Assembly: GCA_951406725.2 (NCBI GenBank)
Contig: OX597816.1
Location: 1,488,001-1,552,000 of the forward strand
DNA from: Octopus vulgaris
Taxonomy: Eukaryota
DNA length: 64,000 nucleotides
Direction: 5' to 3'
In this document: positions 13,209-22,533 of the stretch, piece by piece
How the letters are laid out: each line of letters begins with the position of its first letter
How positions within the stretch are numbered: position 1 is the stretch's first letter
Position numbers and translations under genes: made by a program
The notes under the pieces: generated by a model
What the model was told of the DNA's origin: nothing
What the model saw: only the letters and a program-made list of their open reading frames with translations
The model's database searches: none

Positions 13209-15202
13209 TTATTGCTTATTTAGCTTGGGTTCGAATTTATCAATAAAATTCTTTTCTCTGATTTTCCTCTCGATTTCACTTGGGCTGTGTAATTTGTAGA
13301 ATGGAAATATTATATATATTTTCCGACCACATGTTGCTAGGTGGTTACTCAAAGGTATCTGACGGACCTCTGGGTCTCTAATCTGTTGCCGGTGTACACG
13401 TGAGCGTTCTAATAGTGCGTTTCCCGTCTGACCTACATATATTTCTTCACAATTTGGGCATTTGATGCAGTAAATTAAATTTCTGCTTTTGCAGTTCATA
13501 TTCGCGTTTGTGAATATTTTCCCGGTTTTTGTGTTTATATATTGACCGGTATGTATGAATTGGCATGTGCCACATCGGCTATCATTGCATTTAGATACCG
13601 TGAATGTTTGGTCTTTGTTGCTGAGGTCAAATTTTGCCTTTGTTAGTAATGTTTTCAAGTTTTTAGGCTGTCTTTTACTAAGCACCATAGCTCGATCCTT
13701 GATTATGTCTTTTAATTCATTACTTTGGGCAATGATTGGAAGGTTTGCTTTGGCAATGTTGAAGATATTCTGGTGACATGGGTTGTGTGTCACTATGAAT
13801 GGTATGACTTGTTCTTGTTTTCCTCTTCCTTGGGTCGTCCTAAGTTGTTGTATAGGTATTTTTATAGCCCGCTGTATGCCATTTTCTATAAGTAGAGATG
13901 GGTATTTTTGTTTGAGCAAAAATTCTCTTAGTTCTATTAGGCGTTTGTTCCTGATATTTGCATCTTCTACAATAGTACAAATTCTTCTGGCTAGGCAGTA
14001 TGGGATGTTACGTTTTGTATGTGGTGGATGGCACGACTTAAAATTTAGGTATTGATGTGTGTCTGTGTGTTTATAGTATATATCTGTGGTGATGGTGGTG
14101 TCTTTTTTAATTACCATTATATCCAGGAATGGTAATTTGGTACTACTCATCTCCTTTGTAAATTTGAGAGATGGGTGTAGGTTGTTCAGGAGGATATTGA
14201 ACTCTTCCAGAGTATTTAGAGATTCTGTCCAGATTATGAAACAGTCGTCTAGGTATCTCTTCCATGCCTTTTCAATATACTTTCTAAATCCAGTGCCATA
14301 GTTTACCTCCACCTCTTGGTAGAGTTGTTCTTCTAAGTATCCCATTACAGAGTTGGCGTAAACGGGAGCAAACCTCGTTCCCATCGCCGTGCCTCTAATT
14401 TGGATGTAATTCTTTCCATTGAAGAAGAATGTGTTATTTTCTAGAATAAGTTTGACTGTGTCTAATATAAATGGCACTGTGAATCTGCTGGGAATCACTT
14501 CTCTATGTTTTTCTAACCAGTATTTAATCGCCTTTATTCCTAAATCGTGTGGAATATTGGTGTAGAGGCTTACCACATCAAAACTTAGCAAAACTGAATT
14601 TGTTTCTGTTGTTTTGGGAAGATGGGACAGGAAGTCGATGTCATCCCTGATGAAACTTGGTATGTAAGTACATAGTGGTTTCAAAACAATGTCAATAAAA
14701 TTGCTTAGACGGTGTGTAGGGCATGCTGGACCAGCTATAATAGGTCTAAGTTTTAGGTCTTTTGGATGTAATAATTTTATGTACTCACTTTCTTGTTCTT
14801 TTACTGCCTGTTGAATGTTTTTTGATTTGTGTATTTTTGGTAAGCCGTAGAAGTTGCTGGGTTTTGGTTCAAAATTGGTGATGTAGTCTTTTTCATTATC
14901 CGTAAGTGAGTTGTGGTGTGTTGAAATCAGGTTGTTGATCTTTTTCATGATGTGGTGGTCTATATTTGCGGGTATTTCACAATAGAAGGTTGTATCCTTC
15001 AGTTGGTCTTCAACCAAATCCTTATAGTATTCGGTATCCATAATAACAATTGCACCACCTTTATCTGCTTGTTTAATTATTATTGTTTGATCGTTTTGTA
15101 TACGTTTACATGCAGACATCTCTGATTTGCTAATGTTTGGCCTAACATTGGTATTGCGTCTAAGGGGAAATTTAGACAGGATATCAATGTATTGGTCAAG
15201 GT
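13209..15202 (-). CDS. PLE reverse transcriptase-GIY-YIG endonuclease, 5'-truncated inverted copy
   Basis: KQADKGG, FYGLPKIHK, SFDVVSLYTNI, GTAMG, RYLDD, LPFLD, CxxxRCxTC linker, LIYCIKC..C...YVGQT; no stops; frame stays open across the junction to an ATG at 15257. Confidence 0.93.
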
Positions 15203-15244
15203 GGAAAGCAACAAACAAAATTAACAGAATCCGAAAGAATTCTA

Positions 15245-16489
15245 ATGGAAATTTCATCGAAATTATCAACACTCATCACGATGATTGACACACAATCCTC
15301 TATTTTAAAGGAAATAGAAAAACAGTCTACAGACGGAAAACTTGGAAATGAACACATAAACTCTGAAATTAAGAATTTAGCTGAAATGATACCAACAATT
15401 ATAAAATCTACAAGAGAAAGCCTACCACAACCTCCTTGGATGTCAGAAATAAACGAAAGAAATCTGGAAAAAGAGGCACACCGAAAAAGAGAAGAGATAC
15501 AGAAGACATGGAAAAAACTCCTTAACATAAGAAAACAAAACTTCTGGAAGGCATATAAATGCGAAAAATATGCTGAAATACATTCGAAATGGATATCTTT
15601 AGCGGCTCCCATACTTCCTCGGAAGTACCTAATTAAAGAAATTGCAGGAGAACCAGAGGAAGAAACTAAACTTCGATGGGACCTTAGTTTGATAAAATTC
15701 AGGACCGACATCTCCATTACCCTGTCTAAACAATCCCGCTACAAAGCCAAATACGAAGCTATCGATGATCAAATCAGAGATGAAATATCCAAACTAACGA
15801 CCGGCAATATAGCAGAAAAAATGCGAGAACTATGGATCAGAGATATCTCAAAAGAAGAAAGCAGATCAAGAAAGTTTTGGCAGCGGAAACAATTATTTCT
15901 CGACAAATATGCTACAAATTACGGTAAAGACACCAGAACTCCGAGAAATAGCATTAAAAGTGGACAACCTCACCAACGCAACATACACCAGAACACGTGG
16001 CAACATGAACACCCGTTTCACCACGAATCGAAGACGAACTACGGTAAGAACTCTTCCCATTTTGTATGCAAACACCCTAATGCACACAACATGAACAAAA
16101 AGCACAAACAAAATAGATATTGTTTTGAACAGACCATTAGCAGTAGAAATAACAGGAGATCATTTTCAAGACCTCAACAGAGATTACCCACAAGAAACTG
16201 GACAAAAAACCGATCTAGATCTAGAAGTAAACCCAGATCATTTCTCCAGGTGGTTAAAAACAATGCTAACAAGAAATTGAAAAGTAGCATACATAATACC
16301 AAAAACAAGACAGAAAACATAACGAAACCAAGTAAAGTACCACAACCAAAACGCAAAATTCATCAAGCAAACATCAACAGGAATATAAATCATAACCAGA
16401 AAAAAATCCATTTTTTTACGTCAGGACAACAAACACCGGAGAAAGAAAAAATCCAAGAGGAAACATACCCCAAACAACTGAACGTATAG
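15245..16489 (+). CDS. PLE upstream ORF1: helical/coiled-coil-like N-half, basic low-complexity C-half; probably 5'-truncated
   Basis: 414-aa ORF with the same A-rich strand bias as the RT; frame open back to the junction at 15203; RSRSRSKPR and K/N/Q-rich tail. Confidence 0.8.
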   Translation: MEISSKLSTLITMIDTQSSILKEIEKQSTDGKLGNEHINSEIKNLAEMIPTIIKSTRESLPQPPWMSEINERNLEKEAHRKREEIQKTWKKLLNIRKQNFWKAYKCEKYAEIHSKWISLAAPILPRKYLIKEIAGEPEEETKLRWDLSLIKFRTDISITLSKQSRYKAKYEAIDDQIRDEISKLTTGNIAEKMRELWIRDISKEESRSRKFWQRKQLFLDKYATNYGKDTRTPRNSIKSGQPHQRNIHQNTWQHEHPFHHESKTNYGKNSSHFVCKHPNAHNMNKKHKQNRYCFEQTISSRNNRRSFSRPQQRLPTRNWTKNRSRSRSKPRSFLQVVKNNANKKLKSSIHNTKNKTENITKPSKVPQPKRKIHQANINRNINHNQKKIHFFTSGQQTPEKEKIQEETYPKQLNV

Positions 16490-18723
16490 ATCCTAAAATA
16501 ATTAATTTATCAAAAAGAGATCTTGACAATGATGAAATCCAACTTCTGTCAAAAGGACTGAAATTCACACCTACACCAACAGCCAACCACCAAGAATTAA
16601 AGGAGGATATCCAAAAATTCTGTCGAAAATTACGACTTGTAGAATTCTTCGCTAACAAAAGTAATGAGATTGATGAATCCCTAGTAAGGAATAAATCAAA
16701 TTTCACCCCACCAAAAGGAAGAAATAACTACCTTGACCAATACATTGATATCCTGTCTAAATTTCCCCTTAGACGCAATACCAATGTTAGGCCAAACATT
16801 AGCAAATCAGAGATGTCTGCATGTAAACGTATACAAAACGATCAAACAATAATAATTAAACAAGCAGATAAAGGTGGTGCAATTGTTATTATGGATACCG
16901 AATACTATAAGGATTTGGTTGAAGACCAACTGAAGGATACAACCTTCTATTGTGAAATACCCGCAAATATAGACCACCACATCATGAAAAAGATCAACAA
17001 CCTGATTTCAACACACCACAACTCACTTACGGATAATGAAAAAGACTACATCACCAATTTTGAACCAAAACCCAGCAACTTCTACGGCTTACCAAAAATA
17101 CACAAATCAAAAAACATTCAACAGGCAGTAAAAGAACAAGAAAGTGAGTACATAAAATTATTACATCCAAAAGACCTAAAACTTAGACCTATTATAGCTG
17201 GTCCAGCATGCCCTACACACCGTCTAAGCAATTTTATTGACATTGTTTTGAAACCACTATGTACTTACATACCAAGTTTCATCAGGGATGACATCGACTT
17301 CCTGTCCCATCTTCCCAAAACAACAGAAACAAATTCAGTTTTGCTAAGTTTTGATGTGGTAAGCCTCTACACCAATATTCCACACGATTTAGGAATAAAG
17401 GCGATTAAATACTGGTTAGAAAAACATAGAGAAGTGATTCCCAGCAGATTCACAGTGCCATTTATATTAGACACAGTCAAACTTATTCTAGAAAATAACA
17501 CATTCTTCTTCAATGGAAAGAATTACATCCAAATTAGAGGCACGGCGATGGGAACGAGGTTTGCTCCCGTTTACGCCAACTCTGTAATGGGATACTTAGA
17601 AGAACAACTCTACCAAGAGGTGGAGGTAAACTATGGCACTGGATTTAGAAAGTATATTGAAAAGGCATGGAAGAGATACCTAGACGACTGTTTCATAATC
17701 TGGACAGAATCTCTAAATACTCTGGAAGAGTTCAATATCCTCCTGAACAACCTACACCCATCTCTCAAATTTACAAAGGGGATGAGTAGTACCAAATTAC
17801 CATTCCTGGATATAATGGTAATTAAAAAAGACACCACCATCACCACAGATATATACTATAAACACACAGACACACATCAATACCTAAATTTTAAGTCGTG
17901 CCATCCACCACATACAAAACGTAACATCCCATACTGCCTAGCCAGAAGAATTTGTACTATTGTAGAAGATGCAAATATCAGGAACAAACGCCTAATAGAA
18001 CTAAGAGAATTTTTGCTCAAACAAAAATACCCATCTCTACTTATAGAAAATGGCATACAGCGGGCTATAAAAATACCTATACAACAACTTAGGACGACCC
18101 AAGGAAGAGGAAAACAAGAACAAGTCATACCATTCATAGTGACACACAACCCATGTCACCAGAATATCTTCAACATTGCCAAAGCAAACCTTCCAATCAT
18201 TGCCCAAAGTAATGAATTAAAAGACATAATCAAGGATCGAGCTATGGTGCTTAGTAAAAGACAGCCTAAAAACTTGAAAACATTACTAACAAAGGCAAAA
18301 TTTGACCTCAGCAACAAAGACCAAACATTCACGGTATCTAAATGCAATGATAGCCGATGTGGCACATGCCAATTCATACATACCGGTCAATATATAAACA
18401 CAAAAACCGGGAAAATATTCACAAACGCGAATATGAACTGCAAAAGCAGAAATTTAATTTACTGCATCAAATGCCCAAATTGTGAAGAAATATATGTAGG
18501 TCAGACGGGAAACGCACTATTAGAACGCTCACGTGTACACCGGCAACAGATTAGAGACCCAGAGGTCCGTCAGATACCTTTGAGTAACCACCTAGCAACA
18601 TGTGGTCGGAAAATATATATAATATTTCCATTCTACAAATTACACAGCCCAAGTGAAATCGAGAGGAAAATCAGAGAAAAGAATTTTATTGATAAATTCG
18701 AACCCAAGCTAAATAAGCAATAA
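16396..18723 (+). CDS. PLE RT-GIY-YIG polyprotein frame (open from 16396, first ATG only at 16813)
   Basis: Frame contains the PLE N-terminal motif IINLSKRDLDNDEIQLLSKGLKFTPTP at about 16498, upstream of the first Met, followed by DKG, RT motifs, Cys linker and GIY-YIG; stop TAA 18721-18723. Confidence 0.95.
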   Translation, partial: PEKNPFFYVRTTNTGERKNPRGNIPQTTERIDPKIINLSKRDLDNDEIQLLSKGLKFTPTPTANHQELKEDIQKFCRKLRLVEFFANKSNEIDESLVRNKSNFTPPKGRNNYLDQYIDILSKFPLRRNTNVRPNISKSEMSACKRIQNDQTIIIKQADKGGAIVIMDTEYYKDLVEDQLKDTTFYCEIPANIDHHIMKKINNLISTHHNSLTDNEKDYITNFEPKPSNFYGLPKIHKSKNIQQAVKEQESEYIKLLHPKDLKLRPIIAGPACPTHRLSNFIDIVLKPLCTYIPSFIRDDIDFLSHLPKTTETNSVLLSFDVVSLYTNIPHDLGIKAIKYWLEKHREVIPSRFTVPFILDTVKLILENNTFFFNGKNYIQIRGTAMGTRFAPVYANSVMGYLEEQLYQEVEVNYGTGFRKYIEKAWKRYLDDCFIIWTESLNTLEEFNILLNNLHPSLKFTKGMSSTKLPFLDIMVIKKDTTITTDIYYKHTDTHQYLNFKSCHPPHTKRNIPYCLARRICTIVEDANIRNKRLIELREFLLKQKYPSLLIENGIQRAIKIPIQQLRTTQGRGKQEQVIPFIVTHNPCHQNIFNIAKANLPIIAQSNELKDIIKDRAMVLSKRQPKNLKTLLTKAKFDLSNKDQTFTVSKCNDSRCGTCQFIHTGQYINTKTGKIFTNANMNCKSRNLIYCIKCPNCEEIYVGQTGNALLERSRVHRQQIRDPEVRQIPLSNHLATCGRKIYIIFPFYKLHSPSEIERKIREKNFIDKFEPKLNKQ
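16411..16417 (+). promoter_or_regulatory. Candidate -1 ribosomal frameshift slippery heptamer U_UUU_UUU
   Basis: ORF1 codons CAT TTT TTT ACG give X_XXY_YYZ in the correct register, inside the 16396-16489 ORF1/RT overlap. Confidence 0.55.
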
Positions 18724-19040
18724 TAATAATACTTAGAGGTATTACTTCCACTGCTACGACCATGACCACTAACAACAACAACAATACTAAAGGTGATCAA
18801 GACGAAGATAGCAGGAAAATTATCTTATTTAGGGTTAAAAGTTCTATTGCCACCACCATCACCACTAGCAACAATAATTAAGGTGCTGACAATGATGATG
18901 ATGACAATTGAAATATAAAAATATAAAAATCTCTGACAAAGGATATTTACAACATTTCTAAAAATAACCCAACAATTGCTGCTTCGGCCAGGGTCAAGAT
19001 ACAGGACTCTTGACCTGTCCAACAAAGCGTGATGCCTAAA

Positions 19041-19154
19041 CCAATCAGCTCAACCAACCAATCAGCTTAAGTAATTGAGTGATACTACACACTGATTGGT
19101 CAGAATACAGTTTGCAAAACCTAGCACTCTGGAGCCTACCCAGCTGTATTTATA
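19041..19154 (+). promoter_or_regulatory. pLTR promoter-like module (three CCAAT boxes and a TATA-like box)
   Basis: CCAATCAG at 19041 and 19058, CTGATTGG at 19092, TATTTATA at 19147; mirrored at 12778-12891. Confidence 0.55.
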
Positions 19155-19217
19155 GCACAGAATCACTCATCTTGCTACAGTCAAAAATTGTGAAGCATGA
19201 CTGTCAACACTACTACA

Positions 19218-19262
19218 TGAACCCGAAGATTGCAGAATTCAATGCATGAAAGTACTAGTTCA
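19218..19262 (+). ncRNA. Minimal type I hammerhead ribozyme in the PLE 3' pLTR
   Basis: TGAAC-CCGAAGA-T-TGCA-gaattcaa-TGCA-T-GAAA-GTAC-TA-GTTCA: stem I TGAAC/GTTCA, core variant CCGAAGA, stem II, GAAA, palindromic stem III AGTACT, UA cleavage site. Confidence 0.78.
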
Positions 19263-19351
19263 ATCAGAATGAATATTTAACATTCTACTATTTCATTTTA
19301 TTTTATTCAATTATAATATATTATCTTATAATATATCATTATAAGATTGTA

Positions 19352-19357
19352 AATAAA
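19352..19357 (+). terminator. Poly(A) signal AATAAA near the PLE 3' end
   Basis: AATAAA about 40 nt before the element end; mirrored at 12575-12580. Confidence 0.45.
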
Positions 19358-19391
19358 ACGTGAAAATCAGACAAGGTTGGAATTCTTTTTA

Positions 19392-19427
<36 letters not shown>

Positions 19428-19429
<2 letters not shown>

Positions 19430-19582
19430 GAGCCTCTTTCAGTTTCCCTCTACTAAATCCACTCACAAGGCTTTGGTTGGCCCAATGCTATATTAAAATA
19501 CACTTGCCCAAGGTGCCATGCAGTGGGACTGAATCCAGAACCAAGTGGTTGGTAAGGAAGCTACTTACCTCACAGCCACTCT
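19428..19582 (-). mobile_element. 5' half of the tRNA-SINE split by the PLE
   Basis: Reverse complement of the head of the 6276-6672 SINE, resuming after (TA)n. Confidence 0.85.
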
Positions 19583-21388
19583 TAGAATTTAACATTAAGC
19601 TGAAAGGTTCGTTTTAGTAGAATACATATTCATTAACTTTTACAAGGAAAAGTTTTAAGTTTTGTATTCTTTATGTCGTGTGTGTGTGTGTATCTACACA
19701 CACACACACACACACACGCTTATGGTTGAACTGGTTACTATTTCAATATGTTAGTTGTAAAAACAAACAACTATCTGTTCATGAAAATGGAGTCCCATGT
19801 ATGTTGGGAGGTTGGGTTCAGTTCCACTCCATGACAGCTTGGGCAAATGTCTTCTATTACAGCCTTGGCCTGACTAGAACTTTGCGAATTGATTTGGCAT
19901 AGGGAAACTGTGTGGAAGCCCGCCATGTATGTGTTTATGTTTGTTTGTCTTTACATTGTATGATAGTAATAAATGAATGTCAGTGTTGTAGAAGCAGTGT
20001 CATTTGTAATATTTTGCCGCCAAAACATGTCTGGCCATGGGGAAATATTTCCTTACTTGGGAAATCAGTGAGGGGTTGATAGCAGAAAGGAACGACCCCC
20101 CCCCCTCCCGTCCCACCTGAGACTAACCCTGGTTCTTTGATAAAAGCTTTGTCTTTATTTTAATTTGTTCCAAACACCAGATTAATAATGACAAAGGTAT
20201 TTAAATAAATTTATCATTAAATTTGAAATTAATTAAAACAAAGGCAGAGTATTTCAGGAGGAATATCTTAACTAAAAGGGCTGAGGTATAATCAGCCACC
20301 ATAACAAATCCTTGTTACCATTTCCTGAGACTAAGGCAGTTGGGGCTGCCTTAATCTTTATTCAAACAGAATGGTGTGAATGAGTGATGTTGATTGTTGA
20401 TTGCAAAGTTACTTGATTGTCTATCACAATCATTTTCTATCTATGGCATTTTCTATCTATGGCACGTTAAATAGTGGAAGTGGCGGCAGCGGACGACGAC
20501 AATGACTCCTTTCATTACCATTCTGTTTTGGTGAAATCCCTAATCATTCAGTGTTTAAAAACTAGTTTTATAGATACTTCTTCCAAAATCCCCTTTTTGT
20601 TTTTCACTCATTCCCTTATACGGGTTGGCCAAAAAACTCACTCTTTGGCCAGAAACATGTTGAACTCTGTAAAACATTTGAGAAAGAAACCTGTTTTTTG
20701 CAGCAAATAAATATTTTTGGGGACCTACAAAATATTAGCGTGGACCCCAGTTGCAAACCATTGGTCTATTATATCCATTTGATTTCTTCTGGGGAGGTGG
20801 CCAGTATATTAGGCAGGATTATACTGTTTTAAGGTTTGGGATTTCACCCGTTTGTTACCACATGCCTATTGAAATACCCTGACTTGTGTCAATTAATTTT
20901 GATAACTAATTAAGAATTTAGTAAATTAACTTTGTCATTATTAAGCTGGGTTTTGCAACATAGATGATCATGAAATTACGATAGAATGCTTTAATTTAGA
21001 TCAGTTAAAAACAGGAAATTTGTATCACAGAACTAAGGACCAATCTGAAGGTGATCTGGTATTAAAATGGCTAAATTCCCTGGGATTCATTTGGGTTACC
21101 TAATAGCATTTTGTTTGGCTTTGTTTAATTCTTTCTAACATTGGCATTAGGAAGGGCATCCAGCCATAGAAAACCATGCCAAATCAGACTGGAGTCTGGC
21201 GCAGCCGTCCAGCTCGGTCAGACTGTCCAACTCATACCAGCATGGACAACGGATGTTAAATGATGATGATGATGATGCATAAAACCATAGACTCCAATTC
21301 ATATGTTTAGGTAAAGACTGAAACTTAGAGACAATAAAATTTCACTGTATAGAATTGATATATTTGTATCTACCACTGGTGTAAACAT

Positions 21389-21494
<106 letters not shown>

Positions 21495-22499
21495 TTTCAT
21501 TATGTCTGTTTTGCCTGCACATGTATGCATCAAAGTGAACAGATGTCTCTCTATTGTGCATATGCGTATATATGTCAGGGATGCGTCTCTGTCTTTAATA
21601 AGTGTGTGTGTGTGGGTGAGAAGACTTCCTCGCACTGGAAAATACCTGTGTTGTGCAGCTGTTCTTGACTCACAGTTTGGGGCTGGGTCTGTCTAAATAT
21701 TAACTCACACCAACAGACTTGTGTTTGCTTTCTGGTGCCAGAAATTTCTTGGAATGAAAGTTCCTATTTGTTAAAACAAAGACGTGTGTGTGTGTGTGCA
21801 TGTGTGTGTGTGTGTGCGTGTGTGTGTGTGTACTTTCGCATGTGCAAGCTCCTCTCCACGCTCATGTTTGTAAACGGAATTTGTAGAAGTACTTAACAAA
21901 CACACAATGGCTTCCTTCCATCTTTTCTTTCTGATCTCAGTTTTTTTCTTTTTTTTCCCCCACTTTCCAATGTTTCGGGCGATGATGGTGTGAATGTGTT
22001 TTCTTATTCTCCAAAGACACTGCAAATCTGATGCTTATAGCCATGTGATACAATGTGATGTAGGGATGTGACCAAGAAGCTTGCTTCTCAATCACTGTGG
22101 TCTTGGGTTCAGTCCCACTGCAGAGCACCTAGGGTGGGATGACCAAAGCCTTGTGAGTGGATTTGATGAATGGAAACTGAAAGAAGCCAATCATATATAT
22201 GTGCATGCATGTGTGTGTGTATAATATGTGTATGTGTGTGCCCTTGTGTTGACTAAAATGTGATTGATGTAAACAAGCCCCTCTGTTGAATAAGCAGTAT
22301 TGCTTATTTCCAATCTTCCATGGAAAGCATGTTTGGCCATGGGGAAAATATTTACTACCTTGCTTTGGAAACAGGTGAGGGTTGGCAACAGGAAGGGCAC
22401 CTGGCTATAGGCAATCTACCTCAACAAATTCCATCTGACCCATGAGAGCATGGGAAAAGTAGACATTAAAATGACTGGTGGTGGTGATAATGTTGATGA

Positions 22500-22533
<34 letters not shown>

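Larger units (their letters stand above)
12532..19400. mobile_element. Penelope-like retroelement (Neptune-like), head-to-head inverted insertion
   Basis: Arms 12532-15202 and 16730-19400 are reverse complements (x pairs with 31932-x); unique spacer 15203-16729; PLE RT plus GIY-YIG; both 3' ends face outward into (TA)n. Confidence 0.96.

Noticed and set aside
12532-15202. Inverted arm as a pure assembly fold-back artefact
   Set aside because: The arms differ by at least one base, have different outer junctions, and the host SINE halves are collinear across the insertion. Long reads are still needed for proof.
15196-15717. 173-aa minus-strand ORF and other antisense ORFs within the PLE
   Set aside because: They are shadows of the A-rich coding strand, F/S/L-rich, with no motifs.
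16487-16501. Stop-codon readthrough or selenocysteine recoding linking ORF1 to the RT
   Set aside because: The ORF1 stop is TAG, another stop (TAA) follows four codons later, the RT is in a different frame, and the RT frame has no internal TGA.
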